In this document: one piece after another, positions 38,797 through 49,388 of the stretch
Position numbering within the stretch: the stretch's first letter is position 1
Layout of the letters: every line of letters begins with the position of its first letter
Assembly (NCBI RefSeq): GCF_001194135.2
Contig: NC_068982.1
Location: forward strand, 105,154,014 to 105,218,013
Source of the DNA: Octopus bimaculoides
Lineage: Eukaryota
DNA length: 64,000 nt
Reading direction: 5' to 3'
Program-made: the position numbers and the translations under genes
Notes under the pieces: model-generated
What the model was told of the DNA's origin: nothing
Databases searched by the model: none
Seen by the model: only the letters and a program-made list of their open reading frames with translations

Positions 38797-41171
38797 TATG
38801 GACATTTACTGCTATCTAATTGACTCTTTCTAGAGTTTATTTCTTTTTGTGGCAAGGGGTACTCATGACAGTAAGGAATTAAAGTTTGTTTCTTTTTGTG
38901 GTGAGGGGTATTCATGGCATTAAGAAATTAAGAAATAGTAAGAAATAAAGGAATAGGAGAAACATCTAGCAATATTTATTTATGATCAGCAGCCAGCTCT
39001 GAGCTGTCAACTCACAATGTTCTTTATTCTATGTAGCATTCTAGCCTTAGATCTTTTGTTGAAGAACCCCACTGTCCAAGATCTCCCTGAACACCAAGGG
39101 CAAGTGCCCTCACCAATTCCCTAATAATAATTATTATTATTAAGGTGGCCAGGTGGCAGAAACATTAGCATTCTGGAGAAAATGCTTCATGGTATTTCTT
39201 CCAGTTTCACATTGTGAGTTCAAATTCTGTTGAGGTCGACTTTCCTTTTGGAATTAATAAAATAAATACCAATTAAGCACTTGGTTGATGTCATTAACTA
39301 GACTCATTACCCTAAAATTCAGGCCTTGTGCCTATAGTAGAAAGGAGCATTGTTGTTGCTACCTCCACTGCCACTGCTGTCACCCTCACCACCACCACCA
39401 CCATAATCATCAGTAATGGAGGAGTATAGAATACCAGTACCATATGCTGTGCAGAGTTAGACTTATCTTATGGTCCTAGTTTAAATTTTGCCATGGTCAA
39501 GTTTACTGGTCAGCTTTACCTTTACTTTTAATTAGATATGATATCTCCCTCAAGAAATTCATCATCATCATTATTTTGATGTCTACTTTTCCATGCATGC
39601 ATGGGCCAGAAGAGAGTACATTGGAGCAAAATTTTCTATGGCTGGATGCCCTTCATGATACCAGCCTGCACTTGTTTCCAAAGTCCTACTGTATTGAATC
39701 ACAAACATCCCAAACTTGGCCACATGAAGAACTGGGAACAAGCAACATTGTTTAAATCAGCCTTTTGTTTACTACTGTGGTATGATGTCAGCAACTGGGG
39801 AGCTGACCTCTGACCGGAACCGTGAACTGACCGGAATGGCGAGCTGACCAGAAGAGGAAGAAGGGCCGAGGGAGCCTCGATTGGGATTTCGTGCCCTTTT
39901 CGAACGGGGTTGTTGTGAGGAGAGGACGTGCCAAGCAATCGTCTAGGTGTTGGGAGAAGCAGCTGCTATTTCTAGTGTTCTTCGGGTCGGGGCGAGCCGC
40001 GAGGATCGGATACCGCAGGACAGACTCGTGCAAAGGAAGGAAAAACCGAGGTAAGCCAATTACTTATTCTCGCACGCATACACCACAACTACAAAGTGTG
40101 TACAATATGTCGAGACATATTAAGAAGATTGGATGTGCTTTTGCACTGTGAGGGTGACCCCCTTCGGTTATGAATGACCATGGGATAGTACCTAGAAAGT
40201 TACCCTCTGAGGCACAAGTCTGGGCAAGGTTATTTATGGAAGACCAGTAGTTGCTCATGCATACCAGCCTCCCTTCTGCACACCACCGATGTTATCCAAG
40301 GGAAAGACAAAGGCCAATACAGCTTGGTACCAGTGACGTTGCAACTCATTTCTACAGCTGAGTGAACTGGAGCAACGTGAAATAAAGTGTCTTGCTCAAA
40401 AACACAACACGCAGACTGGTCCAGGAATCAAACTCACAATCTCACAATCATAAGCTCAACACTCTAACCACTGAGCCATGCACCTTCAGTCTTTTGCACT
40501 AGACGGCAAGCAAATGACATCATTGTTGTTGTCGTCGTTGTCCATCTCTCCATCATTGTCATTGTCGCTGACCTCCTCCTCGACATCATCATCATTATCA
40601 TCATCATCATCATTTAGCATCTGTTTTCCATGCCGGCATGGGTTAGGCAGTTTGACTGGAACTGGTAAGCCAGAGAGCTGTGCCAGGCTTCAGTCTGATT
40701 TGGTCTGGTTTCTATGGTTGGATGCTCTCCCTAATACCAACCACAGAGGCTTGCTGTTACTATTTACAACCAGTAAACACTCATGAAGATGAAAGGAAAT
40801 ACAAACACATATGCACACACACATACACGCACACACAGGCATGCGTGCGCATGTACAGACACGCGTGCGCATGCACAGACATGCGTGCACGCATACAGTG
40901 GGCTTCTTTTAGTTTCCATCTACAAAATCCACTCACAAGGCTTTGATCAGTATGGAGCTCTAGGAGGAAACACTTGCCCAATGTGCTATGCTGAACCCAA
41001 AACCTTGTGGTTGGTAAGTAAACTGTTTATCATAGTTTTGCTTATAAATTCTAGTAAAATAAAGGTCTTTAAAATGAAAACAAGAATGTCCAGTGGAAAT
41101 GAAACCAAAACCACATGCTTGGGAAATGAACTTCTTAACCACGCAGCCATGCATACACTTTCAGAAGTATA

Positions 41172-41387
41172 TGAGGGGGTGCTGACAAGTTCCTGGCTTT
41201 AAGGGTATCATGAAAGGCCTGGCTGGAGGCCCAACCTTCTAAGTTCTTTTACAGGGCTTAGAAAAACTGAAGGGCCACTGCAATAAGTGTGTGAATCTGA
41301 GAGAGGAATACGTTGAATAAAATCATAATTAACTGATTCTCCTATATTTTCTTTTACCCAAAGCCAGAAACTTTTCAGCACCTCTTG
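41172..41387 (+). mobile_element. mariner-derived MITE (about 216 bp)
   Basis: TA flanks; TIR TGAGGGGGTGCTGACAAGTTCCTGGCTTT / AAAGCCAGAAACTTTTCAGCACCTCTTG. Internal GLEKLKGHCNKCVNLRxEYVE* resembles a mariner transposase C-terminus. Confidence 0.75.
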
Positions 41388-41530
41388 TATTATTGTTTCA
41401 CTTCACAAACAAACATAAAATTTATTTTTTAAGCCATTATATAATGGGAAGAAGATCGACAATTTTATCATGGCTGACACAAACCAACATACTACCAAAG
41501 AAAATTTCTTTCTCATTAAAAAAGAAACAT

Positions 41531-41940
41531 GGAGTGGCTGTGTGGTAAGTAGCTTGCTTACCAACCACATGGTCCCGGGTTCAGTCCCACTGCGTGGCAT
41601 CTTGGGCAAGTGTCTTCTACTATAGCCTCGGGCCGACCAAAGCCTTGTGAGTGGATTTGGTAGACGGAAACTGAAAGAAGCCCGTCGTATATATGTATAT
41701 GTATATATATATGTATGTGTGTTTGTGTGTCTGTGTTTGTCCCTCCAACATCGCTTGACAACCGATGCTGGTGTGTTTATGTCCCCGTAACTTAGCGGTT
41801 CGGCAAAAGAGACCGATAGAATAAATACTAGGCTTCCAAAGAATAAGTCCTGGGGTCGATTTGCTTGATTAAAGGTGGTGCTCCAGCATGGCCGCAGTGA
41901 AATGGCTGAAACAAGTAAAAGAAGAAAAAAAAGAAAAAAA
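41531..41940 (+). mobile_element. Bipartite tRNA-SINE copy
   Basis: ggagtggctgtgtggtaagtagcttgc...gaagcccgtcg(TA/TG)n...ggtggtgctccagcatggccgcag...gaaacaagtaaaagaag; ends about 14 nt from the E8 donor, inside the intron. Confidence 0.88.
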
Positions 41941-41953
41941 TGACAGTTCTCAC

Positions 41954-42147
41954 CTGTTTTCTTTGGCTATTAAGACTACCTTTTTTGCATATAAGCAATG
42001 GCCCAACAAGGCCAGAGTATGTGTCTTTCATGGTGTTTACTTCTGATGCATACATCTTAGTTAAGCAGTCAGGATCTTTTTCAAGTGGTTCCATTTCTTT
42101 TGTTACATACCAGTAGTAAGTTTTCTGGCTATGTGGTTCAACAATAC
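41954..42147 (-). CDS. Multicopper ferroxidase exon E8 (domain 3 C-half)
   Basis: Acceptor ttctattgtag|GT, donor CAG|GTGAGA; 194 nt, phase 1 to 0. GIVEPHSQKTYYWYVTKEMEPLEKDPDCLTKMYASEVNTMKDTYSGLVGPLLICKKGSLNSQRKQ. Confidence 0.93.
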
Positions 42148-44819
42148 CTACAATAGAATAATGTTTTTAAGAAAGAAATATTTTAATGCTTAAACTTCTG
42201 CTTAGCAAATTAGATCAAATGAGAGTCAAGACTATTGAAAAGGTTGCAAAACGCAACGAAAATTTTAGGAAAATAAAAATAATAAGTGAAAATTTTAAAG
42301 GTGAGTGTGTTAAATTTTAAGGCACGATAAGAAAATGACTCTCCCCAGACACAACAGAATATGCTTCAACACACGGAATCACATAAAAAATCTTGCAAAC
42401 CAAATCCAAAAACAAAATTAGATCAAATTTAATTGATTAATGTTCACATTAGTTATTCTACTGTATATGGTTATTCACCCACAATTTTTTTTTTTTTGTT
42501 ACATTTACAACAAATTTTTTATTAATTTTTAGAAGAAAGCAAAATTCCCTAAAACTCCATGCCAACCATCCGTCATGTATGATTTCCTGCTGGAGATTAA
42601 TTCCAGATTCCAGTCTATCACAAGTAACATTCCCAGAAGATCTGAAGGTAGGTGAACTGACACTACAAAAAAATTAAGTTTCCTGTCCAGAGAAACACAT
42701 AGTAGTGACGGCTTGTATGAACTACCACCTAATAGATAAAAGCTGCTGAAGAGATTTAGTATCATTTGTTGACGAACTCAATGGAGAAACATACAACATC
42801 CTTAATAAAATTTTTACATGCTTTAAGTTTAGGATAATATGCCTAATAGTGGACATTTTAACTCTAAAATAAATTGAAAATTATCCTATTATAAAGATTT
42901 GGAAATTGAGATAACCAGAATGTGAGGATTGAAAAGAGACACTAGCACTACTAAATTTTATATAGTTTATAGATTATTTTCAATACTGTTAAAAAAATAA
43001 AGAAAACTAAAATTCTATATATACCTAAGGTAAACAGACAGAGCTGTGTTGGGCTGTGCAATGAAAATACATAATAAAAATAATACTATTAAGTTCTTAC
43101 ATAGGTGCAAGACCTCAAATGTAAGAGGTGTGTTGCTAGGGCATAATTGGTATTTTTTATTGATCCCTAAAGAATGAAAGGCAAAGATAATTTCAGCAGG
43201 ATTGAACTTGGAGCACCAAGGAATGTAACTAAATATCACAAGAGATTTTGCTGATTCTGCTAATCAAATGTCTTTACAATAATATGTTCACTCAAATTCC
43301 TCTAACAATAACAACTTTCTTCATCCTTTGGCTTAGTGGTTAGGGTGTTGTACTTATGGTTGTAAAATCATGGTTTCAATTCCCAGTCCAGTGGTGTGTT
43401 GCATTCTTGAGCAAAACACTTCATTTCACATTGCTCTAGTTCACTCAGCTGTAAGTGGGTAACTTTGCAATGGGTTAATATACAAGGGTGAGATAGTGAC
43501 TCTGGAAAATCCCTGAATGGAGGTTTCAAGAGACACATTTTGTGTTCAGGGTTTGAAAGAATGGATAATACAACTTGTACTGTGAATCCCAACTGGTCGG
43601 GATTGGTTGTTCAACCCCATTGAAGGTCAGTCAATCAAAGATCAGTTTCTTTACTGCATGATTAACCTATCCACTTACCAGTATTCAAAAACCTACCTGT
43701 GGAGTATATCCTGAGATGATACACTCAAGAACTTTCCAATTCTCAGTTTTACTATTATCAACCTTTCCCTTACTCCAGTGAAACTCACCACTCTATTTAT
43801 AAACTATATACAAACCAAGATACCAGCATCATAAACTCCTTCTAGACATTTTTCCACACAATCTTTTACTTCTGCACTTATCTTTCCCTCACCACTTCCT
43901 TCCTATCTTGTTTCTGACATACTACATATGTCCACTCTCCTTCTGATCAATGCCTCCACAACTTCCTTGGTCTCCGTCATCATCCTTGTATTCTATACTG
44001 CAAGCCTTTTATATTCTAATCTCTGCAGGAGACACTTCTTTTAAAATAAGAACACACTAATTAATGTAGCCCTAGATGCACTCTGTCAAGAAAAATAAAT
44101 GGATTATTTGACTTACAAATAACTGATCACTCATATTATACTGTGTAGTGAGGCTGCTGAAAAGTTTTGAATCATCTCACTTAGGTCCCTGCTTTAGAAC
44201 CACAATCCAACTATATTGCCATAAAAGGCAAAGGCCAGCTACAAGAAATTAACTGTATTGCCTTAAATGGCATTAATGTTTATGTGAACATGATTTGACC
44301 AATCAGATTAGCTGGTGTATAACGAAATAAGTAGTAGACTTGAAAGTGAGTTTTGTGAATTTTCTCACCAAATAGTTCTGCTGAAGGTTCTAGAAGCTTG
44401 AGTGAATGTTATAAAATGTTGGGATATTGAACTGCTGAACAAGACAGCCTCAGGTGCTATACAGAACTCTGTTGGTCAGTCCTGTGTCAAGGTGTTCTCA
44501 CTTTTTCTACTTCTTATTCTGTCTTTAATAATCATCAATGATTTTCTTATAAACAACTAAATTATTTTATGCAATGAAGACCTTTAGCTATCACAGTAAC
44601 TATCTCTTGTATGATGTTTTATTCAAATAGTTGTTATATATATGTAAATGCATATGTTTTGAGTAATAAAAAATATGGAAACTTAGAAAAATATTAGTAT
44701 GGTCATTTTTGCCTTCACACACAACCTTGTATAATATTTTGTACAACAATGAATCTATTAAGATCTATTAGAATGATGACCCAATAAAACGTTCTTGTTT
44801 TCAGGAGAGTGTGATACAT

Positions 44820-45349
44820 TACTCTTTTACTTGTTTCAGTCTTTTGACTGCGGCCATGCTGGAGCACCGCCTTCAGTTGAGCAAATCGACCCCAGGACTT
44901 ATTCTTTGGAAGTCTAGTACTTATTCTATTGGTCTCTTTTCCCGAACAAACGTAAACACACCACCATCAGTTGTCAANNNNNNNNNNNNNNNNNNNNNNN
45001 NNNNNNNNNNNNNNNNNNNNNNNNNNNNNNNNNNNNNNNNNNNNNNNNNNNNNNNNNNNNNNNNNNNNNNNNNNNNNNNNNNNNNNNNNNNNNNNNNNNN
45101 NNNNNNNNNNNNNNNNNNNNNNNNNNNNNNNNNNNNNNNNNNNNNNNNNNNNNNNNNNNNNNNNNNNNNNNATATACACATATATACGACAAGCTTCTTT
45201 CAGTTTCCGTCTACCAAATCCACTCACAAGGCTTTGGTCGGCCTGAGGCTATAGTAGAAGACACTTGCCCAAGGTGCTACGCAGTGGGACTGAACCCGGA
45301 ACCATGTGGTTGGTAAGCAAGCTACTTACCACACAGCCACTCCTGCGCC
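44820..45349 (-). mobile_element. Bipartite tRNA-SINE copy (internal microsatellite in an N gap)
   Basis: Both halves flank the N run at 44978-45170; head ends ...actcctgcgcc. Confidence 0.87.
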
Positions 45350-45628
45350 TATTAGATAAAATATTCATAGATATTCAATGTACCTGAGTGATTATGGCTG
45401 GAATGCTTTTTGGTCATGGGTCTGGTCAATAATTGCTGACCTGGGGCTAAACAACAATAGCAGTTGGATGGTTACAACTGGAATGCCTTTGATCACAGAT
45501 TTGCCCAATCATGGCTGGCCTTCAGCTTAACAACAACAACAACTAAAACAATGCAGTAATGCCATCATTTATACAAAAATTATTTCTGAAATTATTAAAA
45601 AAACAAAACAAATTCAGTGTCACTTTAC

Positions 45629-45915
45629 CCTTATCACCAGCTTGGTCAGTATAGAAAGCTCCTTCATCAAATTTGTTATAGTATACACCATAGGGATGAA
45701 TGGAAAACTTATATGATGCTTTATTATAGAAAACAACTTTTATTATTTCTCCAACTTCAGCTCGAATCACAGGCCCTAAGGAACCCAAGTGTTTTTCATC
45801 TATTCCTCTTTGCTTCTGTTTTGTAAAACTTTTGTCAGTGTATTCATGATAGATAGCTTTCATGTATTTTCCACCAATTCTTTGTGCACCATTTTTAAAA
45901 AATACTTCTGAATCA
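45629..45915 (-). CDS. Multicopper ferroxidase exon E7 (domain 3)
   Basis: Acceptor tttttcccccaccag|T, donor G|GTAAAG; 287 nt, phase 2 to 1. (S)[30 protein letters not shown]...HLGSLGPVIRAEVGE...SIHPYGVYYNKFDEGAFYTDQAGDK. The donor was chosen by phase and alignment; alternative GTs lie within about 10 nt. Confidence 0.88.
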
Positions 45916-47357
45916 CTGGTGGGGGAAAAAAACAGAAAAGCAAAGCAAACAATACATTATGTTTTAAAAAAATTAATTACTGAATTTCAAACTGATTTTT
46001 TGGACAGTTTTATTAAATGCTCTCCACCTCTCTCCAATTTAGTTTTGATAGAGATATTTTAAAGTTATAAACAGGATGCACTGTCAAACTATATAAGAAG
46101 TTAGTCAGATGTGTTGAATAAGCATTGTATGCCCCTCCCCCACTGCCCCCACTGCATTTTAAAAAAATTCTTCAGATTCCTTTACTTCCAACAGTGGAAA
46201 TTACGATTTTGTACATCCTCCAAAAAACAGCTTTTCAATATTTGATTTTCTCTTCTTTTTTTTGTTTTTGTTTGTTTGTTTGTTGAATGCCACTTTAAAA
46301 ATATGAAGCTCAAGATTCTGAAAAAAAAAAATCTTTGTCAAAATTACAACTTTTAAAAAATTCTTTTTCCCCCTTCCTGACTTTTTGAATACTCAACAGA
46401 AATACAGAGAGCAAACAAACTTAATAATGGTTTGAGAATTATATTTAACCTATTCATAAATTGGATTACAAGTAGTAAGAATGATTAACATTTTTGGGAA
46501 TTCCTTTAACTTTTAAATATATTTTGGCTGTAAGGTACTCTTCATGCTGGTTTGATACATAATGTTTTTGAGCAGCAATTTTCTTATTGATCAAATCCTT
46601 TCCCTCCAGACAAAATCCATGGAACATGAAGTGATGATAGTCAGTTCCCTCATACTGAGTCCATTCTCCAAGAATAAAAGATCTTTATTTATATATCATG
46701 AACTAACTTAATTTTTCCTCCAAATGGATTTTAAAAGTCAAATTTTCATTGAAACAATATTAGAAAAGTTGTACATATTGATAACAAGATGAAAAAAGGT
46801 GGCAAAACAAGACCAGAAGTTAGGTAAAGTAATGTATTGCAAAAAAAAAAAAAATCAAATAATGCAAACCTATGGATTCCTGCAAAAAAATACATAAATA
46901 AATAATTAAAAAAGGTGAGAAAAGATCCAATGATGCTTTGACTTGACGTAAGGAGATGAAGTTTTAGCGCGGACAAATCACTAAAAAATGAATGGTACTA
47001 AAACTCCAGAAGATCTGATGAAGTTTTGACTCAACAAATTTCTACATGTTCAATTTTAATTTATGCAAATAAAAACTATTGATGTTATTTCATATTTTTT
47101 TTTATATTGGTTTTTCAACATTAGAAACTTACTTTTGGTTGAAGGGCCAATAGTCTTCTGCAAGAGTTAGACTAAAAGTTTGCTCACAAAGCAACATTTT
47201 AGTTAGCAATCAATAGTGATAAATTGATTTAAAAAACAATTTTCTGAGAGAACTTGATCTTAACTCTACAAATTACCAAACTACTCACTAAATTCAAGAA
47301 AACAATTTAAAATGTTTGAAATATGAAACCCCAACATACATGATTTTGTGTTAAACA

Positions 47358-47789
47358 GGCACGGGAGTGGCTGTGTGGTAAGTAGCTTGCTTACCAACCA
47401 CATGGTTCCGGGTTCAGTCCCACTGTGTGGCACCTTGGGCAAGTGTCTTCTACTTTCGCCTCAGGCCGGCCAAAGCCTTGTGAGTGGATTTGGTAGACGG
47501 AAACTGAAAGAAGCCCGTCGTATATATGTATATATATATATATGTNNNNNNNNNNGTGTGTGTGTGTGTGTGTGTGTGTTTGTGTGCCTGTGTTTGTCCC
47601 CCTAGCATTGCTTGACAACCGATGCTGGTGTGTTTACGTCCCCGTAATCTAGCGGTTCGGCAAAAGAGACCGATAGAATAAGTACTAGGCTTCCAAAGAA
47701 TAAGTCCTGGGGTCGATTTGCTTGACTAAAGGCGGTGCTCCAGCATGGCCGCAGTCAAATGACTGAAACAAGTAAAAGAGTAAAGAGTA
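47358..47789 (+). mobile_element. Bipartite tRNA-SINE copy (full length)
   Basis: ggcacgggagtggctgtgtgg head through tail gaaacaagtaaaagagtaaagagta. Confidence 0.9.
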
Positions 47790-48678
47790 AACAATCCACT
47801 TATCTCAGTTCAATTTCTGGTTGTCTTCAGTGCCTCTGTTCTTATATAGATAGATTTGTCAAAACCTTCATGTAAAAGGCAAGGTTTCAAAGTTCTTAAC
47901 CACTGAGCCACCATCCTGCACAGTGAGAGCTAGCCAGTTTTTGAGGTTTATAAAATCACATTAATGATAGCAGCCATATTGTGCATCAATGTTAAATTTA
48001 CTGATTTGGTTTTCAGTTAATGCTATACTAACAGCATCTTTTCATCTTATGAATTTTTAATGTGGTTCTTTGCATATGATGGAAACTTCTACTTAAATTC
48101 AAATTAATTTGAAACTCCAAAATCAAGTTAATTGAATTTTTCCTTTACAGTTAAGTGGAACTACTATTTTTAGCACTTTACCCAAGAATTTATTTTTTCT
48201 CTCTTTATTATATATTATGTAACTGAATATTTGGGACAGTTGATGTTTAATCTTTTGTCCAAAGTCTACTGATTCTTGTCTGTCTGCATATCCATTAGCT
48301 AAGTAAATAGGGATAAGGAATGTTTAATGTCAAGTCCGAAGACTTATTTCTCACTTTCTATTCTCTGCTGCTAGGTATGTGTGGCAAAGAGATTTTAAAT
48401 GTTTACTGCATTTCAGTGCAGTATAGCACCAGTTATGAAATTATGAATTCCCAGAGTCATTAGTCTTATTCATTTAATCACAGCACTTTTGCATATGGGT
48501 TCTTTTTTTTTTTCTTTGGTATTAATGATCCTGGAGATAGTGAAATAGTGTCCAATGCATTTCCAGGCCCTCCTTGACTAAACACAAACAAAAACAAACA
48601 AAAACAAACAAACAAAACAAAACAAAAAAAGAAATAGAAGCAAAACTTCAAAAATAATTTTGATAATAAAGTACTGAC

Positions 48679-48844
48679 CTGTCAGGTTCTGTGAGAGATC
48701 CACCATCATAGAGGTTCGTGCCATTTCTTGAGTAACTCCATTCTTCTTCTTCAGCCGCAATAAAATATTCTACAATCTTAGAATCGGTGCTAATGTTATT
48801 GGTCTTCTTACAGAACAATACTTCCATCATGGTTTCCATGCCAC
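48679..48844 (-). CDS. Multicopper ferroxidase exon E6 (domain 2 end, domain 3 start)
   Basis: Acceptor ttttag|GT, donor AG|GTCAGT; 166 nt, phase 1 to 2. GGMETMMEVLFCKKTNNISTDSKIVEYFIAAEEEEWSYSRNGTNLYDGGSLTEPD; supplies the axial Met of the domain-2 T1 site. Confidence 0.92.
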
Positions 48845-49281
48845 CTAAAATACAATATTTATTTTCATCAATTAAAATGTTAAGATCTTAGTCTATAATT
48901 TTCTAGTTTCAAACCCAATAATTTACTGGATTAAAAAAACAAAACAACAGGAAGAAAACATATATTTATAAAAAAAATAAATAAATAAATAAATAAAAGA
49001 CAACTATATAATAGATCCCATACAGTGAAATCTAAGAAGTGGAGTGTGTGTGTGAGAGTGGAGAGCTTCTGCAAGAACCAACAGGGGGCTCCTTTGTTGG
49101 CTAAGTTCACTATGCAAGGGAGAGAGAAAGAGCTACAAGAAATCACAGTGTTGTGCTCTCTTGAATAAACTCATGCAGGTGAGGTCTTCATTGGTTTTGC
49201 TCTAAACCAATGAATTTGAAGGTATCACCTACTGCGATTAGGCAAGAATTAAAAGATACAATAAAAATAGAAGATATTTAC

Positions 49282-49388
49282 CCACATAATGGTCATGTAC
49301 ATGACATTTGACTAGCCATGATCCTTCATCATTGATATGCATTGTTGCAACACTGAATTCAGCTGGGTACAAGTTAATGGAGTCTTTC
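49282..49388 (-). CDS. Multicopper ferroxidase exon E5 (domain 2 T1 Cys/His)
   Basis: Acceptor ttttactgtacaaag|G (AAG type), donor G|GTAAAT; 107 nt, phase 2 to 1. (R)KDSINLYPAEFSVATMHINDEGSWLVKCHVHDHYV. Confidence 0.9.

Noticed and set aside
44811-45254. Long ORFs in the track that cross N runs (also 51947-52630 and 30916-31380)
   Set aside because: They are open only because N codons contain no stops.
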